A stretch of 64,000 nt of DNA, taken from positions 24,180,001-24,244,000 of the forward strand of contig OX597822.1 of assembly GCA_951406725.2 (NCBI GenBank), given 5' to 3'. A program made the translations under genes and the position numbers. Of this stretch, positions 1 to 12,978 are shown one piece after another. The number at the start of each line of letters is the position of its first letter. The stretch's first letter is position 1. The stretch comes from Octopus vulgaris. Lineage: Eukaryota. The notes under the pieces are model-generated. The model was not told the origin of the DNA and did no database searches. It was given only the letters and a program-made list of their open reading frames with translations.

Positions 1-40
1 CCCTCCTTTTTTTTGTTTTTTTGTTTTTTGACAATATACC

Positions 41-272
41 CATTTCTTTACTACCCACAAGGTGGCTAAACACAGAGAGGACAAACAAGGACAGACAAAC
101 GGATTGAGTCGATTACATCGACCCCAGTGTGTAACTGGTATTTAATTCATCGATTCCGAAAGGATGAAAGGCAAATTCGACCTCGGCGGAATTTGAACTC
201 AGAACGTAGCGGCAGACGAAATACGGCTACGCATTTCGCCCAGCGTGCTAACGCTTCTGCCAGCTGGCCGCC
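41..272 (-). mobile_element. SINE family B (tRNA-like head plus GTCGACTTTGCCTTTCATCCTTTCGGGGTCGAT core)
   Basis: Near-identical copies at 11267-11641 (tandem), 25817-26025, 36026-36239 and 56577-56776; B-box GAGTTCAAATTC on minus. Confidence 0.85.
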
Positions 273-873
273 TTATTATTTTTTTTAGACAATATATGGA
301 GGATTACAATATTCAATGTGTGCGGGGGCTTTTTTTAACTGTAGGGTACAATCTGGGAGCGATTTGGTGACTCTTTTTAACAGATCGGAGAACCACGTAG
401 AGGCTACTTCGGTCGTTCAACTTGTTAGAAATAGTCTCCCACTCCCCCAAAATACATTCCGCAAACCATTTTTTTTTACCTATGGACCCCTTTTTGGTAA
501 ATCTTTATATTAACACCCGCACGATTTTCAATAAGGTAATAAAAAAGAAAAGCTTGGATTTTTTGCGTGGAATCAAGTACCCTGACCTCCTAATATGCTG
601 TAAATCCCTTATTTTGTTTCGGAAAAAAGTGCGTTGGGGGCAGGTAATAACGAACCATGTAATTCACACTCTGGAAAATTTATTTCTGTAAATTTTTTCT
701 CTTAAACACACAAGATATAGTCTATAAATTTAGGATGTTTTTTGAAAGATACAATATACTTCCTCTCACAACAATTAAGATATATTTATTTTAAAGCGTT
801 CAGCTTTCTCACCCCCTCCCCAACAAAAAAAATTAGTTTCGGCGCGATTTTTATTTTTATTTTTTTCCTTATA

Positions 874-1270
874 GACGTAGGAGTAGCTGTGTGCTAAGTA
901 GCTTGCTAACCAACCACATGGTTCCGGGTTCAGTCCCTCTGCGTAGTACCGTGGGCAAGTGTCGTCTACTATAGCCTCGGGCGGACCAGAGCCTAGTGAG
1001 TGGATTTGGTAGGCGGAAACTGAAAGAAGCCCGTCATATGTATGTGTGTGTTTGTGTGTCTGTGTTTGACTCCCACCCACCCCAACATCGCTTGACAACC
1101 GGTGATGGTGTGTTTACGTCCTCGTAACTTAGCGGTTCGGCAAAGGAGACCGATAGAATAAGTACTAGGCTTACAAAGAATAAGTCCTGGGGTCGATTTG
1201 CTCGACTAAAAGCGGTGCTCCAGCATGGCCACAGTCAAATGACTGAAACAAGTAAACGAGTAAAAGAGTA
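874..1270 (+). mobile_element. SINE family A (tRNA head, CORE-like CCTTGGGCAAGTGTCTTCTAC, internal microsatellite, GTAAAAGA tail)
   Basis: Multiple homologous copies in the window on both strands; B-box GGTTCAGTCC. Confidence 0.85.
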
Positions 1271-2107
1271 GTGAAAATCGTGCGGGTGAAAAAGATCAAT
1301 GGGGGTGGTGGTGAAATTTCCGAGGCTTCCACCTCACCCCAACCCGTTTTTCGGATCCATAAAAGAGTTTTGTAGCATATTAGGGGGTCACAGGAATTCT
1401 TCAACGAAAAAACAAAAAACAACTTTCAATGATTCTGGGATGAGGGGGTCCCCCTTTCCCCTCTCTTTCGAACCAAAATAAGGGATTTGCAGCATATTCT
1501 TGCCTTCCCTATCTCATACCTGGTTGAATCTGGTTTTAAACATGTTGGAACTTTATTTTCCCTCAAAAGAATTGAACGAGGAAACTTGCGGCTAAAGTTG
1601 ACAAGTTTGAAACCAAATGTATCTGCACTTAACTGCATCGCACTAGACACATGGTTCTCATTAAAAAGTTTTATTCTTTTCCTTTGTAATACAATCATTA
1701 ATTATTTTTGCATTGGTAATTCTGATCAATGGTTCATTTGGGGAAAATGAAAATCAGTGTAAAAGAAAGCGCAAGTTTCTAGAAGTTAATCTGTCTGCAT
1801 AAAATAGAGTTAACGCTAGAATATTATTTGCACTAATGGCAAAACTAAACCCATAATAAGGGATTTGTAAACAACCGCATATTTAGTACAAACGGCACTA
1901 ACAGGGCAACGAGTCTACGATATAGTGTCAAATGATACGGTGGGGGGCTAGGGGATTTTGTGTTGGCGCCGTTATGTAAGGGGGTTTTTTTTTACACACG
2001 TATATATGTTCGCGTCTATGTGTCTGTCTTTGTGTTTATCTTCCACCACCGCTTAACAATCAGTGTTTATTTGTTAAGTCAAAAGAGACCAATAGACTAA
2101 ATACCGG

Positions 2108-2251
2108 CACTAGCGTAGCTAGAGTGTGTACCGCCCGAGACGGCCCTTCCATTTGCCGCCCCCAGACCCCACAAAAAATACATATTGCCTACAGCAGACC
2201 CAAAAGTACGGACCGCCCCTGCCGCCACCCCATCTCCTAGTTACGCTAGTG
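2108..2251. mobile_element. hAT-like MITE nested in a family A SINE
   Basis: 15-bp TIR CACTAGCGTAGCTAG/CTAGTTACGCTAGTG; degenerate 8-bp TSD aataccgg/agtaccag; SINE sequence resumes after it. Confidence 0.7.
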
Positions 2252-3254
2252 AGTACCAGGCATTTGAAAAAATACGTACTGGGGTATATTTGTACGTGTT
2301 TAAACCCTTTAAGGCGGTACCTCTGTATGGCCGCAGTCCAATGATCGAAACATGCCAAAAACGTACAATTAAAATTCTAGTCAAGTAACTGGGAACGAAT
2401 TAATTTTTATGTAATGCACTCTAGATGTGAATATAATTATAATAGAAAGATACCAGATGGATGAAAGGCGAGTTGACCTCTGCGGGATTTGAACTCAGAA
2501 CATAGAGTTCATTGACTAAAAACACAACGAGGTATTGTTAACGTTTATGATAAAAATGTCAGTGTTACGCAGTTAATTATTGAAAATTACTAGTTACTCT
2601 CGGGGCAATCAAGAACGAATTTATTGTTGAAATATGAGGTCAAAAGGCGAAGCTAAATTAATACTTTTGCAGTTGATAATTAAAGCAGAGAAAGATGAGA
2701 AAATAGTTAATTCGACCACAAAATTACAGCAAATAACAATGGACATAATAACCATCGCTGTCCAACTGACAAATGGCAGCCCTATTTCACACACACACGC
2801 GCGCGCATGCACACGTACACACACACACTTGTACACACACAGACACACACACATGATGGACAGGCGGTTGTTAATGGTTTCTCCTATTTTCCTGAAATCC
2901 GTTTCTCTTCGTTCGATGTTGGGTTTTAAGTCTCTGGTCTGAGCAATAATTGTCTGTATATATTATATGCATTTTAAAACATATTTTTACTCATTGTGTG
3001 TAAATTAAACATTTTGCTTCTTCCTACTTCTTTAATTAATATGAAGATAAAATATAACTTCATCAGAATGAATCTTCTCTATTTGCTGTGGATGATGTTG
3101 GCCAAGTTTAAGACATTTAAAAATCATATCTTTTTTGTGGCAGACGTCAGCAATAGGTAGGACACACAAGCTGGAATTTTTCCGTTTTGCTAGAAAGAAA
3201 GAAAGACTTTTTAAATTAAAAAATAATTTTAAAAATTCGAAAAGTGATTTTTCT

Positions 3255-5530
3255 ATAACAAAAGCGATGAGACAATAAATTCAAACAAGAGAAATTTCTC
3301 AAATGTAGGGAGACTTTGGATTCTTATGGAAACCCCACAAAACCACGGTCACTTTGATCCTTATCATCCTCCCTCAATCAATAGGTACATGCTCAGAGCT
3401 GGCTGTCCTTTTGGATTGTTCTTGCCACCCTCATACACCTTTCAACAAGTTCGCATTCTTACTTTCCTTTTCAAGTTTCACTTGAAAAGTTTGTTGAGGG
3501 CTTGCCCTAAGAGGAAGGTGTCTGTCTTCAGCCTTTTCAGTCAGTTCCTCCAAACAATTTCTTTTTCAAAGGCCACCAGACAGATAAATACTTCCTGCTC
3601 TTCCTGGCAGAACGATCTTCCCAAAGGAGTCAGCCGATAGCCAGATCTATTCTACATATAATAGCAACTATTCGACATAATTCTACAATCAGCGATACTC
3701 GGGCCCTCGTTGAGTGTGTGCAAAACAGTTTCGTCGCTCTGCGCGCATCTCGGGCAGGCCCGACTGACAGCCTGTAAAGTGTATCTCGAACCGACAATGC
3801 CTGACCATCGCTAGCACTGCCTGGTCAGAGATTTCTGGAAATTATCTATGGGCTTCGGCTAAAAAGTTCACCGAACCAGACCAGCTAGTTGATTCTCGTC
3901 GACGCCTAGAATTTCCTCAAGAACGTCATTGCTCTTGCCCTCCACTGAACCTCTATAGAACATCAAGGTGGAACTTCCACAGACTCCATTGCCCGACTGG
4001 CTAAGGGTTGTGAGCATCTGACGACACTCTAGGTGTCAGGTGCTTTGCTTTGGTGTACGCTTGATCCAAGACTGCAGCTTAGTCAGAGTACTCGCGGAAA
4101 AGCGAGTCTGAAAAACGGTGATCACACCTGCTCACTGCCAAGAAAACACGGAAGATGTCGCAACCTTAGCACATGTCTGCGCATCAGCAACCACAGAGTG
4201 CTTTGTGTTCTACTTAGCAGGTGTTATCAACAAAATAGAGTGCAAGACTAGTTGAATGCGTCCCTTCCACAGAAAGCGAAAAAAAGCAGGCGTTCCAATC
4301 CTGTGAGATGTGAACTGGGGAAAGGCACAAGAGTCTGGTGGTAATTTTTTGACGGACACCGTGTAAGCATTTCAAGGATGATTTTATCTCCTGCCATTTC
4401 TGGATGAGAATGGCCCCTCAGCTCGTTACTTAATCCTAGTTCGGATCTTTTCCTTTTGAACGGCAGTTTTCAACACAATTTCTAGTTAACTAAACACTTT
4501 TAAACCTCGTATACTGGTAGAATGTGTCAAAATAAAACATTTTTTTCTCTTGGCTTTCTTGAGAAAATTGTAATTCGTTTGTTTAACGTAGTTTAATTTT
4601 TCGAATTTTAACCAACCAATTGCCTCTAATTGAGCTAAAATCATTTGCTGCGTCTAAAACTGAGACAACATCCTGTCACTAACCCTAACTCTAACCCTAA
4701 ATTTTAGCCTTTCGTTTTTTTTTCTTAATTGTTAAATTAATTTAATTGTTACGCGTGTGTCTAAAATTATTCATTTTGTTTTTGTTTTGAGTTTTTGCTT
4801 TCGTTTAGCCTTTCGTGTTTTTTTTCTTAATTATTAAATTAAAATTATTTTCCATTGCTTTCGTTTTAGCCTTTCGTTTTTTTTTTTTCTTCTTAATTAT
4901 CCTTAAATTAATTTAACAATTAAGAAAAAAAACGAAAGGCTAAAATTTAGGGTGAGGGTTAGGGTTAGTGACAGGATGTTGTCTGTTTTAGACGCAGCAA
5001 ATGGTTTTAGCTCAATAGAGGTTAAAATTCGAAAAATTAAACTACGTTAAACTTACAAATTACAATTTTCTCAAGAAAGCCAAGAGAAAAAAATGTTTTA
5101 TTTTGACACATTCTACCAGTATACGAAGTTTAAAAGTGTTTAGTTAACTAGAAATTTGAACTGCCGTTCAAAAGGAAAAGATCCCCTAGTTCTTCCCACT
5201 TGCAAATCTGGATCAAACTAGACTCTGAGTAATTAAACTGGCCCCTCCACTCTGCACGTCACGATGTTGTTGGACGGCTTCTCCAGAAACCGAGCTGCAG
5301 TTTTACTGACTTTTCTTGGTTGATTTTTACTCCTGTCACCTCATCATAGTCCCTCAGAGTAGTGCGTATAATCCTCAATGTACTTGGTATCCGACACTAT
5401 GATGGTGACGTCGTCCGTATCTGCCGACACAGTTCTTCCACGTCCTAACTCGCGCGAGATATCCTTCAGCATCTCCAGTTTCCGTCATAGTGGCTTAAAG
5501 AGTTAGTACGTAGGAAAAAGACGAGAGGGA
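3255..5530 (-). mobile_element. Degenerate Tx1/L1-clade LINE ORF2 relic, interrupted by a foldback element
   Basis: Minus strand encodes VSADTDDVTI (decayed YADD, about 5400-5432) and CPRCAQSDETVLHT (zinc knuckle, about 3715-3760); 3' region resembles the 51860-53820 copy. Confidence 0.75.
4443..5184. mobile_element. Foldback/MITE with about 290-bp inverted arms, GGATC termini (Merlin-like)
   Basis: GGATCTTTT...TTGAACGGCAG / CTGCCGTTCAA...AAAAGATCC; perfect 8-bp TSD CCTAGTTC (4435-4442, 5185-5192). Confidence 0.9.
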
Positions 5531-6319
5531 AGCTAAATTTCGATGCCTTTACAAATATTTAAAAAAATTTTTCACAAGGAAGAAAAACTGCAGATGTTGG
5601 GATAAAGTACAAATGTCAATAAGCAAGCTAAAAAGAACAACAGTTCAACCACAACGTCGAAGTTTGAAATCTTTTTATTAATATAAATAGGAAGGAGAGA
5701 GAAGAGGAGGAAAAGGCAGACAGTCTTCATTATAAGCAATGATCTTGTCACATATTACAAACACTGAGTGGAGGATGTTGGATGGGTGAGAGAGTAAGTC
5801 TGAAGGGTACCATTGATTTCCTACAGATGTAATGAATATTCTTCGAACAAAGGTACAGATGCTAAAAAAACTACATACATTATCCTAGCTAAAACAATTT
5901 TCTGGACTTTATATCTACAAATGTTTTCTTAATACTTTATTTATATACATTTTTTAATATTTTATACAAACAAAATTACCAAAAAATTTAATCTTTTTGT
6001 GCGCTGAACTACCATAAATATGGCTTTTATAAGCTTTAGCTAACTAAATTTTCTCTTTCGCTCTCAAAATCACAGTTATAGATATCCTTAGTGTTATTTT
6101 TAATGCAACCCACACGTTTGGCAAAGCGTTCTATATCTTCCACTTCCTTCCAATTCTCGCTGCAAACCTAGTACTAGAAACTTTGGTGTCCCTTGCACCA
6201 GTATGCTGCAGGTGTTCTGTTACGACTCCATGAATTCCTGACAGAACTAGACGGGAAATCTGAATTTGTTATTGCTTCTGTACAATATAATGCTGCTCAA
6301 AGTGCGTGGCAAAGCCAGC

Positions 6320-7288
6320 TGTAGGAAATACGACCGTACGTAAGGAGTTGGTGACAAATGTCTCCTTTTGAACGCCGCACGGTCGTCCATAACATGATAA
6401 GCCAAATACATGCTATAAAATTACCGTGCCAAAAGGAATGAATGAAGGACGACAAACCGTTCTACTGTTTGAGAGAAGAAGACTTTATTTACAAAGTGTA
6501 CAAAGATAAAGTATATGAGTGCTAGCAAGCGGAGCGTATTTGTGCATGCAACAAGTGTTTGGGTCTGTGTGTTTGTGTATGCGTATAGAACAAAATACAG
6601 AGCATAAGATGAATGTCTCAGCATATTCAGTTAAGATGGAATTAGTTTACCAGTTCATAAGTGAGGTACACGATAGCAAGAGTTCTATAACAAGATGCTG
6701 GGGTTCACTTGGCAGAGGCCGGTTACTACACGTGTAGAAGTTGTGGCTATTATGCCGTAAGTTCTTTCAAGTAGACTGCAACTGTTTTACCAGGGTGAAT
6801 ATTTACATACAGCGTGAGTTTAAACCTGAGTGAATGTTGATGTGTACATGTTAAAGTCGACGATAGTGATGACGGCGGCGGAGATGGAGAACGTCCTGTC
6901 TGTCGCTGGTTTATAATAGCGTCTTCGTGGCTGGAGCAGTAGCATGGCTGACTGACTGGTCGTCTGTCGCTCGAACTGGATCTTGGCTGAGTGGCTCTGT
7001 AGTCAGTGACTAGACCTTAGAAGGAGTAGTGAAATGCTGGCTTATTTATAGGGTTAAAGTGGTTCAAAAAGGGCATAGAAAAAAACAGTGTCATGAGACC
7101 TTATCCAAAGGCCGTGATTGGTTGGCTTACACACTGGCGCGAAATAAGTCGAAAGACAAACTGCGCCGAATGCCAACCAATCAGAGTAGTGGACACAACA
7201 GGGTCAAACTAGCCAAAGATGGTTGTAATCTCAAACGAGATCATTCCTATTGTATCTCTCAAACAGTGGGGATATCAGATACGCTACA
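6320..7288 (-). mobile_element. Solo LTR (Gypsy-like)
   Basis: TGTAGG...GCTACA termini, 4-bp TSD CAGC on both sides; on minus CCAAT (7117), TATAAATA (7043-7050) and AATAAA (6484-6489) occur in LTR order. Confidence 0.75.
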
Positions 7289-7744
7289 CAGCCATCTGCG
7301 AAGATAGCTACGTCCCATTCGCTATAAGCCCTCAACCACTGTCATTGAGAACTTCGTAAACAAGCAGGGGCCAGAGGATTCTTGGGAAGACCGCGTGCTG
7401 TCAGACCTAACCATGACTCCGACTTGTCTAGTCCTTAACTAGCTCTCCAATTCAGCTCTGGTCACCAATTCAGACTGTAGTTAAAGGCCTTCCCGGGGCT
7501 CTTTGCAAGCTTTTCTGTGATATCCTATATATATATCTAGTCTTCAGGCAATTTCATTCACTAGAAAAATTTCGGCACGAATGGGTTAATGAATGTAGAA
7601 TACAATTACGTATATCACAATTAATGAAATATTTCGCGTAATGTGAGAGAAATGGGCATTCTTTCGATATGAGTCCCATTTACCTCACGTGTATTTGTTT
7701 ACATTTGAAGAAGATCGTCACTTTCCGTAAATTTTTATTTTTTT

Positions 7745-8126
7745 ATATATGTGGGGTTAGGGTTAAGGGTGGGGGGAAGGGTATCTTTTTCTTCAGAAAT
7801 GTAAATAAACCCACGTGGGTTTGTAAGGGGTTGGGGAAGGGCATCTTTTTTTCTTCACAAATGTAAATAAACCCAATCTGTTCCTTAAAGGAGGGAAATA
7901 TTCATTATGCACAGAATGTTATTTACCTAAATAGACGTCAGTGATTGGTTAAAATTGCCGAAATGCTCGAAATTAAAGACGAAATATGTTACAAACTATA
8001 GAATTTTCTCAATAAAGCCAAAAGAAAAAGATGTTTTATAAACACATTCTACCAGTATACGAAGTTTAAAACTTTTTCGTTACCTAGAAATTATGTTAAA
8101 AAGTGCCGTTCAAAAGGAAAAGATCC
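7745..8126. mobile_element. Partial copy of the GGATC-terminus element
   Basis: Right end GCCGTTCAAAAGGAAAAGATCC and body colinear with 59960-60279. Confidence 0.75.
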
Positions 8127-8911
8127 GACTGTTATGTTACTAGTACCGAATGATCGCCGAGAAATGATTTAAAATTGTTACTGTATTTTTTTTTTTTGCT
8201 CGTTCTCCTTACTTTAGAATATGGTTATGCCTCCGATGTATGCATGCAAGTATGTGTGTGTATGGGGGTAAAATCAAAATTTACCTATGTAAGCACGCAT
8301 GCACGTATGTATGTGTGTCACATAGTTAGTGTACCACCCGGGGGCAGCTTTTGGGTTTACGGCCTCCGCTCTTCAGGCCACCAAAACTACACAGTTTTTA
8401 GAGCAGTTCCAAAACTGTGTTGCCAGGGATGGCGAACTGAGTCAGCACGTCACCCCGCCCCATCTACTTTACTGATAAATGTTGTGAGTGAGCGTTGTTA
8501 CACAACCTTAAAGTACATTTTAAATGTGCGTGTGCGTGTGCGTTGTAATGTAACCCCAATGATATTTTAAAAAATACAACTATAGCTACATAGCTCTTCG
8601 TTACACTGATGTGTCTAAATATATTAGTTGAACGTGTGTGTGCGTTTATGTATGTAATATGTGTTTGTGTGTGTGTTTGTCTCTGTGTGTGTGTGTACAC
8701 GTTATTTTATAATGGCTGTTGTAGTGCTATGAATGAAACGGCGACTTATGTAACTTAGCATTATCGTTGCAACACCTGTTGCCTTGTGTTAGAACAGACA
8801 TTCAATCTGCGCTAGTATTATCTCTTCGCCTGCCCAATGCATTTTCATAAGTTTGTCATCAATGTCCATGCTAGTTTACAGACTTCTAGTTAACCCTTGT
8901 TTTATAGTTTT

Positions 8912-9810
8912 GGCTAAACTAAAGCGTTTGACCCGGTCGTAAAAACCAAACAAAAATAGTGTAATAGGGATGAAACAACTTCCTCTAAACGAATATGAAA
9001 AAAGAAAATGCGCGCTCGCGAAAGAGGGGGAGGCCTCGAAAAATTCACATCTTCAGTCCATGGCCTTTAAACTATAGTGTTTGACCCGGGCCGGAAAATT
9101 TTTTTTAAATAGTGTAATTGGAGTAAAACTACTTGTTCTAAACGATTATCAAGAACATACACACACCTTTTCCCGAAATAAATACCTTCATTTTATGACA
9201 AAATTTTCTTTAAATGGTGTAATCTATGTTTGTGAAGCTTTAAAATATTTGTTTTGAAGACAATCTACAATTTTAACAGCCATAATGTTCAGCATATGAT
9301 TGATTATGGGGTGAAAATTTGATCTTTTTTCATGAATCCGCTCTGTAATTCAGTGTGGTAGCATGCGCTTGTGTCTGAGAATGTTTTTCTGAGACACACG
9401 GACACACGTTTGTGTCTAAATATTTTCTGTCTTTGGTGATTTAAACATTGCAGTGAACCAACCATTTCTCTGTGTATGTTCTTGATAATCGTTTAGAACA
9501 AGTAGTTTTACACCAATTACACTATTTTTTTCGGCCCGGGTCAAACACTATAGTTTAAAGGCCATGGGCTGAAGATGTGAATGTGCCCGGGTCAGACCCT
9601 CAGACGCTTTCGGAAATTCACGATATGAATTTTCCGAGGCCTCTCCCCCACGAGCGCGCATTTTTTTTCATATTCGTTTAGAGGAAGTTGTTTTACACCT
9701 ATTACACTATTTTTTTTTTGTTTTTATGACCGGTTCAAAGGAAGTTATTTTACACCTATTACACTATTTTTTTTTGTTTTCATAACCGGGTCAAACGCTT
9801 TAGTTTAACC
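8912..9810. mobile_element. Second foldback element with long imperfect inverted arms
   Basis: GGCTAAACTAAAGCGTTTGACCCGG / CCGGGTCAAACGCTTTAGTTTAACC; arms about 260-340 bp with internal re-iteration of the terminal motif; gttttata near both flanks. Confidence 0.85.
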
Positions 9811-9839
9811 GTTTTATATGTTCTGAGTAATATAAATTT

Positions 9840-10460
9840 TGGAGCAATGCAGTGCCATCACTCTCGACTGGCTCTCAGCTTGATAGTGACAGTCTTCTGT
9901 ACATCGGTGTCTCCCTGAGGCTTGACCTCGAAATCTGTGAGCCTCACAAATGTAACTGCTGATTCAGTTTGGATTCTTTCGGCTTCCACCCATTGTCATG
10001 TTGTTACAGTGCTGGCCGTTTCCATGCCATGCTGCTCTTAACGAGATCATAAAACATGGCCTAGATGCTGCATGTTTTCCTTCTGAGCTCAAACCAGCGG
10101 GGCTAGATTAAGGGGATGTAAAAGGCTGGACAATATGACAATTTATCCGTCCCGTGGCGGTAGGCTCTCTCATCTGAGACGTTACGTGCTGTGATACCTT
10201 CTCCAGAGATATCTTGGTGTGTTCAGCTACCAGCCCAAACTCTGTTGTTGAGGGCAAACTGTTAAAGTATCGGTGGCTCTTTGATAGATTTATGGTCGAG
10301 CCTGTGGCAGTGGAGGCCTCCGGCGTTCTCGGACCCCGGACCATATCCCTGTTCGTCACTATGACAAAAGCAAGTCCCGTGAGTCAGAGAGGCCGTTGCA
10401 GAGCATCTCCCTCGCCATCCTCCGGAGAAGAGTCTTTTCTATTTTGTCTGTTGGGTCCCT
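9840..10460 (+). mobile_element. CRE-like non-LTR retrotransposon 3' relic (zinc knuckle plus restriction-like endonuclease)
   Basis: Frameshifted peptides ICEPHKCNC, FGFHPLSC, HAALNEIIK, DVTCCDTF and FMVEPVAVEASGVLGP, typical of CRE-clade RLE C-termini. Confidence 0.7.
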
Positions 10461-10519
10461 GAGCAATCTGACTAGCTTTTTCTTTTTATGTATTTCTTTG
10501 CTGTGAAGATTTTGTAAAC

Positions 10520-10765
10520 AATTGTTGTTTGTTCCTTCTCGAGCCATGCCTGGCTCATAAGGGCCGGTTTCTTGGTTTCCTTGGCGTATAGGTTCCCCAC
10601 CTGGACGGGACGCCGGTCCGTCGCAGGTGAGCTGCAAGATGCAGGAGGAAAAAGGGAGAGAAAGTTGTGGCGAAAGAGTCAGCAGAAGTTCGCCATTATC
10701 TTCTGCCGGAGCCGCGTGGAGTCTAGGTGTTTCGCTCATAATCACACACATCGTCCGGTCTGATT
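10520..10765 (-). mobile_element. SINE family E (partial)
   Basis: Homologous to 35247-35545 and 43072-43280 (ACTCTTTCGCCACAACTTTCTCTC core). Confidence 0.7.
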
Positions 10766-11039
10766 GTAAACAATTATTAGGTTATAAATATAAATTTTTC
10801 CTTTTATAAGTCCCAAGTTACTCTAATGGTTGAAAAATATTGGGAATGTGTATCATATACGCAGCATAGGCATCAAAGAAATGTGTCCTGTGTATTACAT
10901 CTGATGTACAAGACAGGTAAAGAGATAAGCAATCTGACCAGTAAACTGCTATACTGTATTCAATGAAGGGCACAATTACAGATTAGGGCTCCGTCCGTGA
11001 CTTTGTTTTCTCATAACTTTCTGAAAAATACATATTATC

Positions 11040-11755
11040 TGGGGCACTTCCTTGAAGGGTTTTATCGAACAAAACGAACCAAGTCCTTTATTTTTTAAAG
11101 TCTGGTACTTATTGGTCTATTTTGCCAAACAACTAGATTATGAGGGTGCAAACAAACCAACACCACTTGTCAAGCAGAGGGTGTGTACAAAGACATGCAC
11201 ACACAAAAATATACACATACATACACACACACACATATATATGCAAGAGGCTTCCACACAGTTTCCTTATTTCTTTATTGCCCACAAGGGGCTAAACAAA
11301 GGGATTAAGTTGATTACATCGACCCCAGTGCGTAACTGATACTTAATTTATCGACCCCGAAAGGATGAAAGGCAAAGTCGACCTCGGCGGAATTTGAACT
11401 CACAACGTAGCGGCAGACGAAATACCTATTTCTTTACTGCCCACAAGGGGCTAGACACAGAAGGGACAAACAAACGGATTAAGTCGATTATATCGACCCC
11501 AGTGCGTAACGGGTACTTATTTAATCGACCCCGAAAGGATGAAAGGCAAAGTCGTCCTTGGCAGAATTTGAACTCAGAATGTAGCGGCAGACGTAATACC
11601 GCTAAGCATTTTGCCCGGCGTGCTAACGTTTCTGCCAGCTCGTTTCTATTCACCAAATTCACTCACAAGCATTGGTCAGCCCAGGGCTATAGTTTGAAGA
11701 CACTTGTCCAACATGCCGCAAAACAAACTTCTTGACAACACAGCCATGCCTGACA
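11040..11755 (-). mobile_element. Family A SINE containing a tandem pair of family B SINEs (11267-11641)
   Basis: Family A sequence breaks at CAGTTTC and resumes GTTTCTATTCACCAAATTCAC after two B units. Confidence 0.7.
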
Positions 11756-12978
11756 CTAAAAAATATTTTTGGAAGGAATTTTGGACCATTCTCCCTCTCT
11801 CCTTCGCATCCAAATGTGTCCTCATATCTCTCTTTTAGAATGTTTATATTTATATGAAATTTTGCAAAAATTTGCTTTTGAGAGAATGGAATAAATTTAG
11901 AAAAGAACCCCCACATCCTTTGGAGGTACTTTAAATCATTCTTATTCTTTACCTGTTCAACTTTCTTACCATAAATTTTTGTACCATAAATTTTTGTACA
12001 TCATCACTTTTTTTTTTGGCAGATTTATATAATTGAAACAGCAATGTTATGTAATCTATATTCTTGAAAGCACATATCGGAAAAATTTCCTTTAAAAATA
12101 TGTATTTTTCAGGAAGTTAGAAGGAAACAAAGTCAAGCTAGAAACATCAGTCCTACCAATGGGTTAAGTCCTACCAATCATTATGTGTATCAGATTTTTG
12201 GCCATAATATATATTGAACATTACCATAATTATTAGATATGTTATTCTGGCCAGCAACATTGATATTTGAGGTATGTAGTATATCTCTCTCTCTTTGATG
12301 ATTTTTGTTGTTTTTCCAGCAATTTCTTATGTCAGACTGTTATCTTTAGCTCAAGCCAGCAATGATCATACATATCTATAATCAGAATTGCTCCATGTGT
12401 GACACTCTTATCTTTCTAGATATCATGGAATTCATTGTCCAATGTGCTTTTTTTAAAACGTCAGGGAATAGAATCAGCTGCTATTTCCAGTAGGTCAGAT
12501 AACTACAAAGAACAGAGGTGGTAGAACTTTTTGGTATCAGGAGCAAATCTCAAGTACAGAAGAACATGTGAGGATGAATATGTGGTGAGAAAAATAATGA
12601 ATCTTTAATTTTAGGAAATCAAGATATGCACCTGATCATACTATTCAACATTAATTAAAATGTGATAATGCATTAATAATTCATGAGGTGCATATAGAAC
12701 AGTTAGAATAAAAAAAATAATGTATTTATTCCCAATACATTATGGCAAATTTAAACATAAATGTTGATTGAAGTTGCTTTTCCTCATCAGAGAACATCTC
12801 CACCAAGACCAAATTTTGTCTATGGATTCCTTTAATTCCTAGTTTACTCTGTTGGATCCCTATAGTGATTCAATGTTTAAAATAAATCCCATTCATCATC
12901 ATCATCATCGTTTAAAATCTGCTTTCCATGCTGGCATGGGTTGGACGAATAACTGAGGGCTGGCAAACCAGATGGCTT

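Noticed and set aside
4680-4970. TTAGGG/CCCTAA as a true telomere or fusion site
   Set aside because: Only 2-3 imperfect units, embedded in both arms of a TSD-flanked transposon
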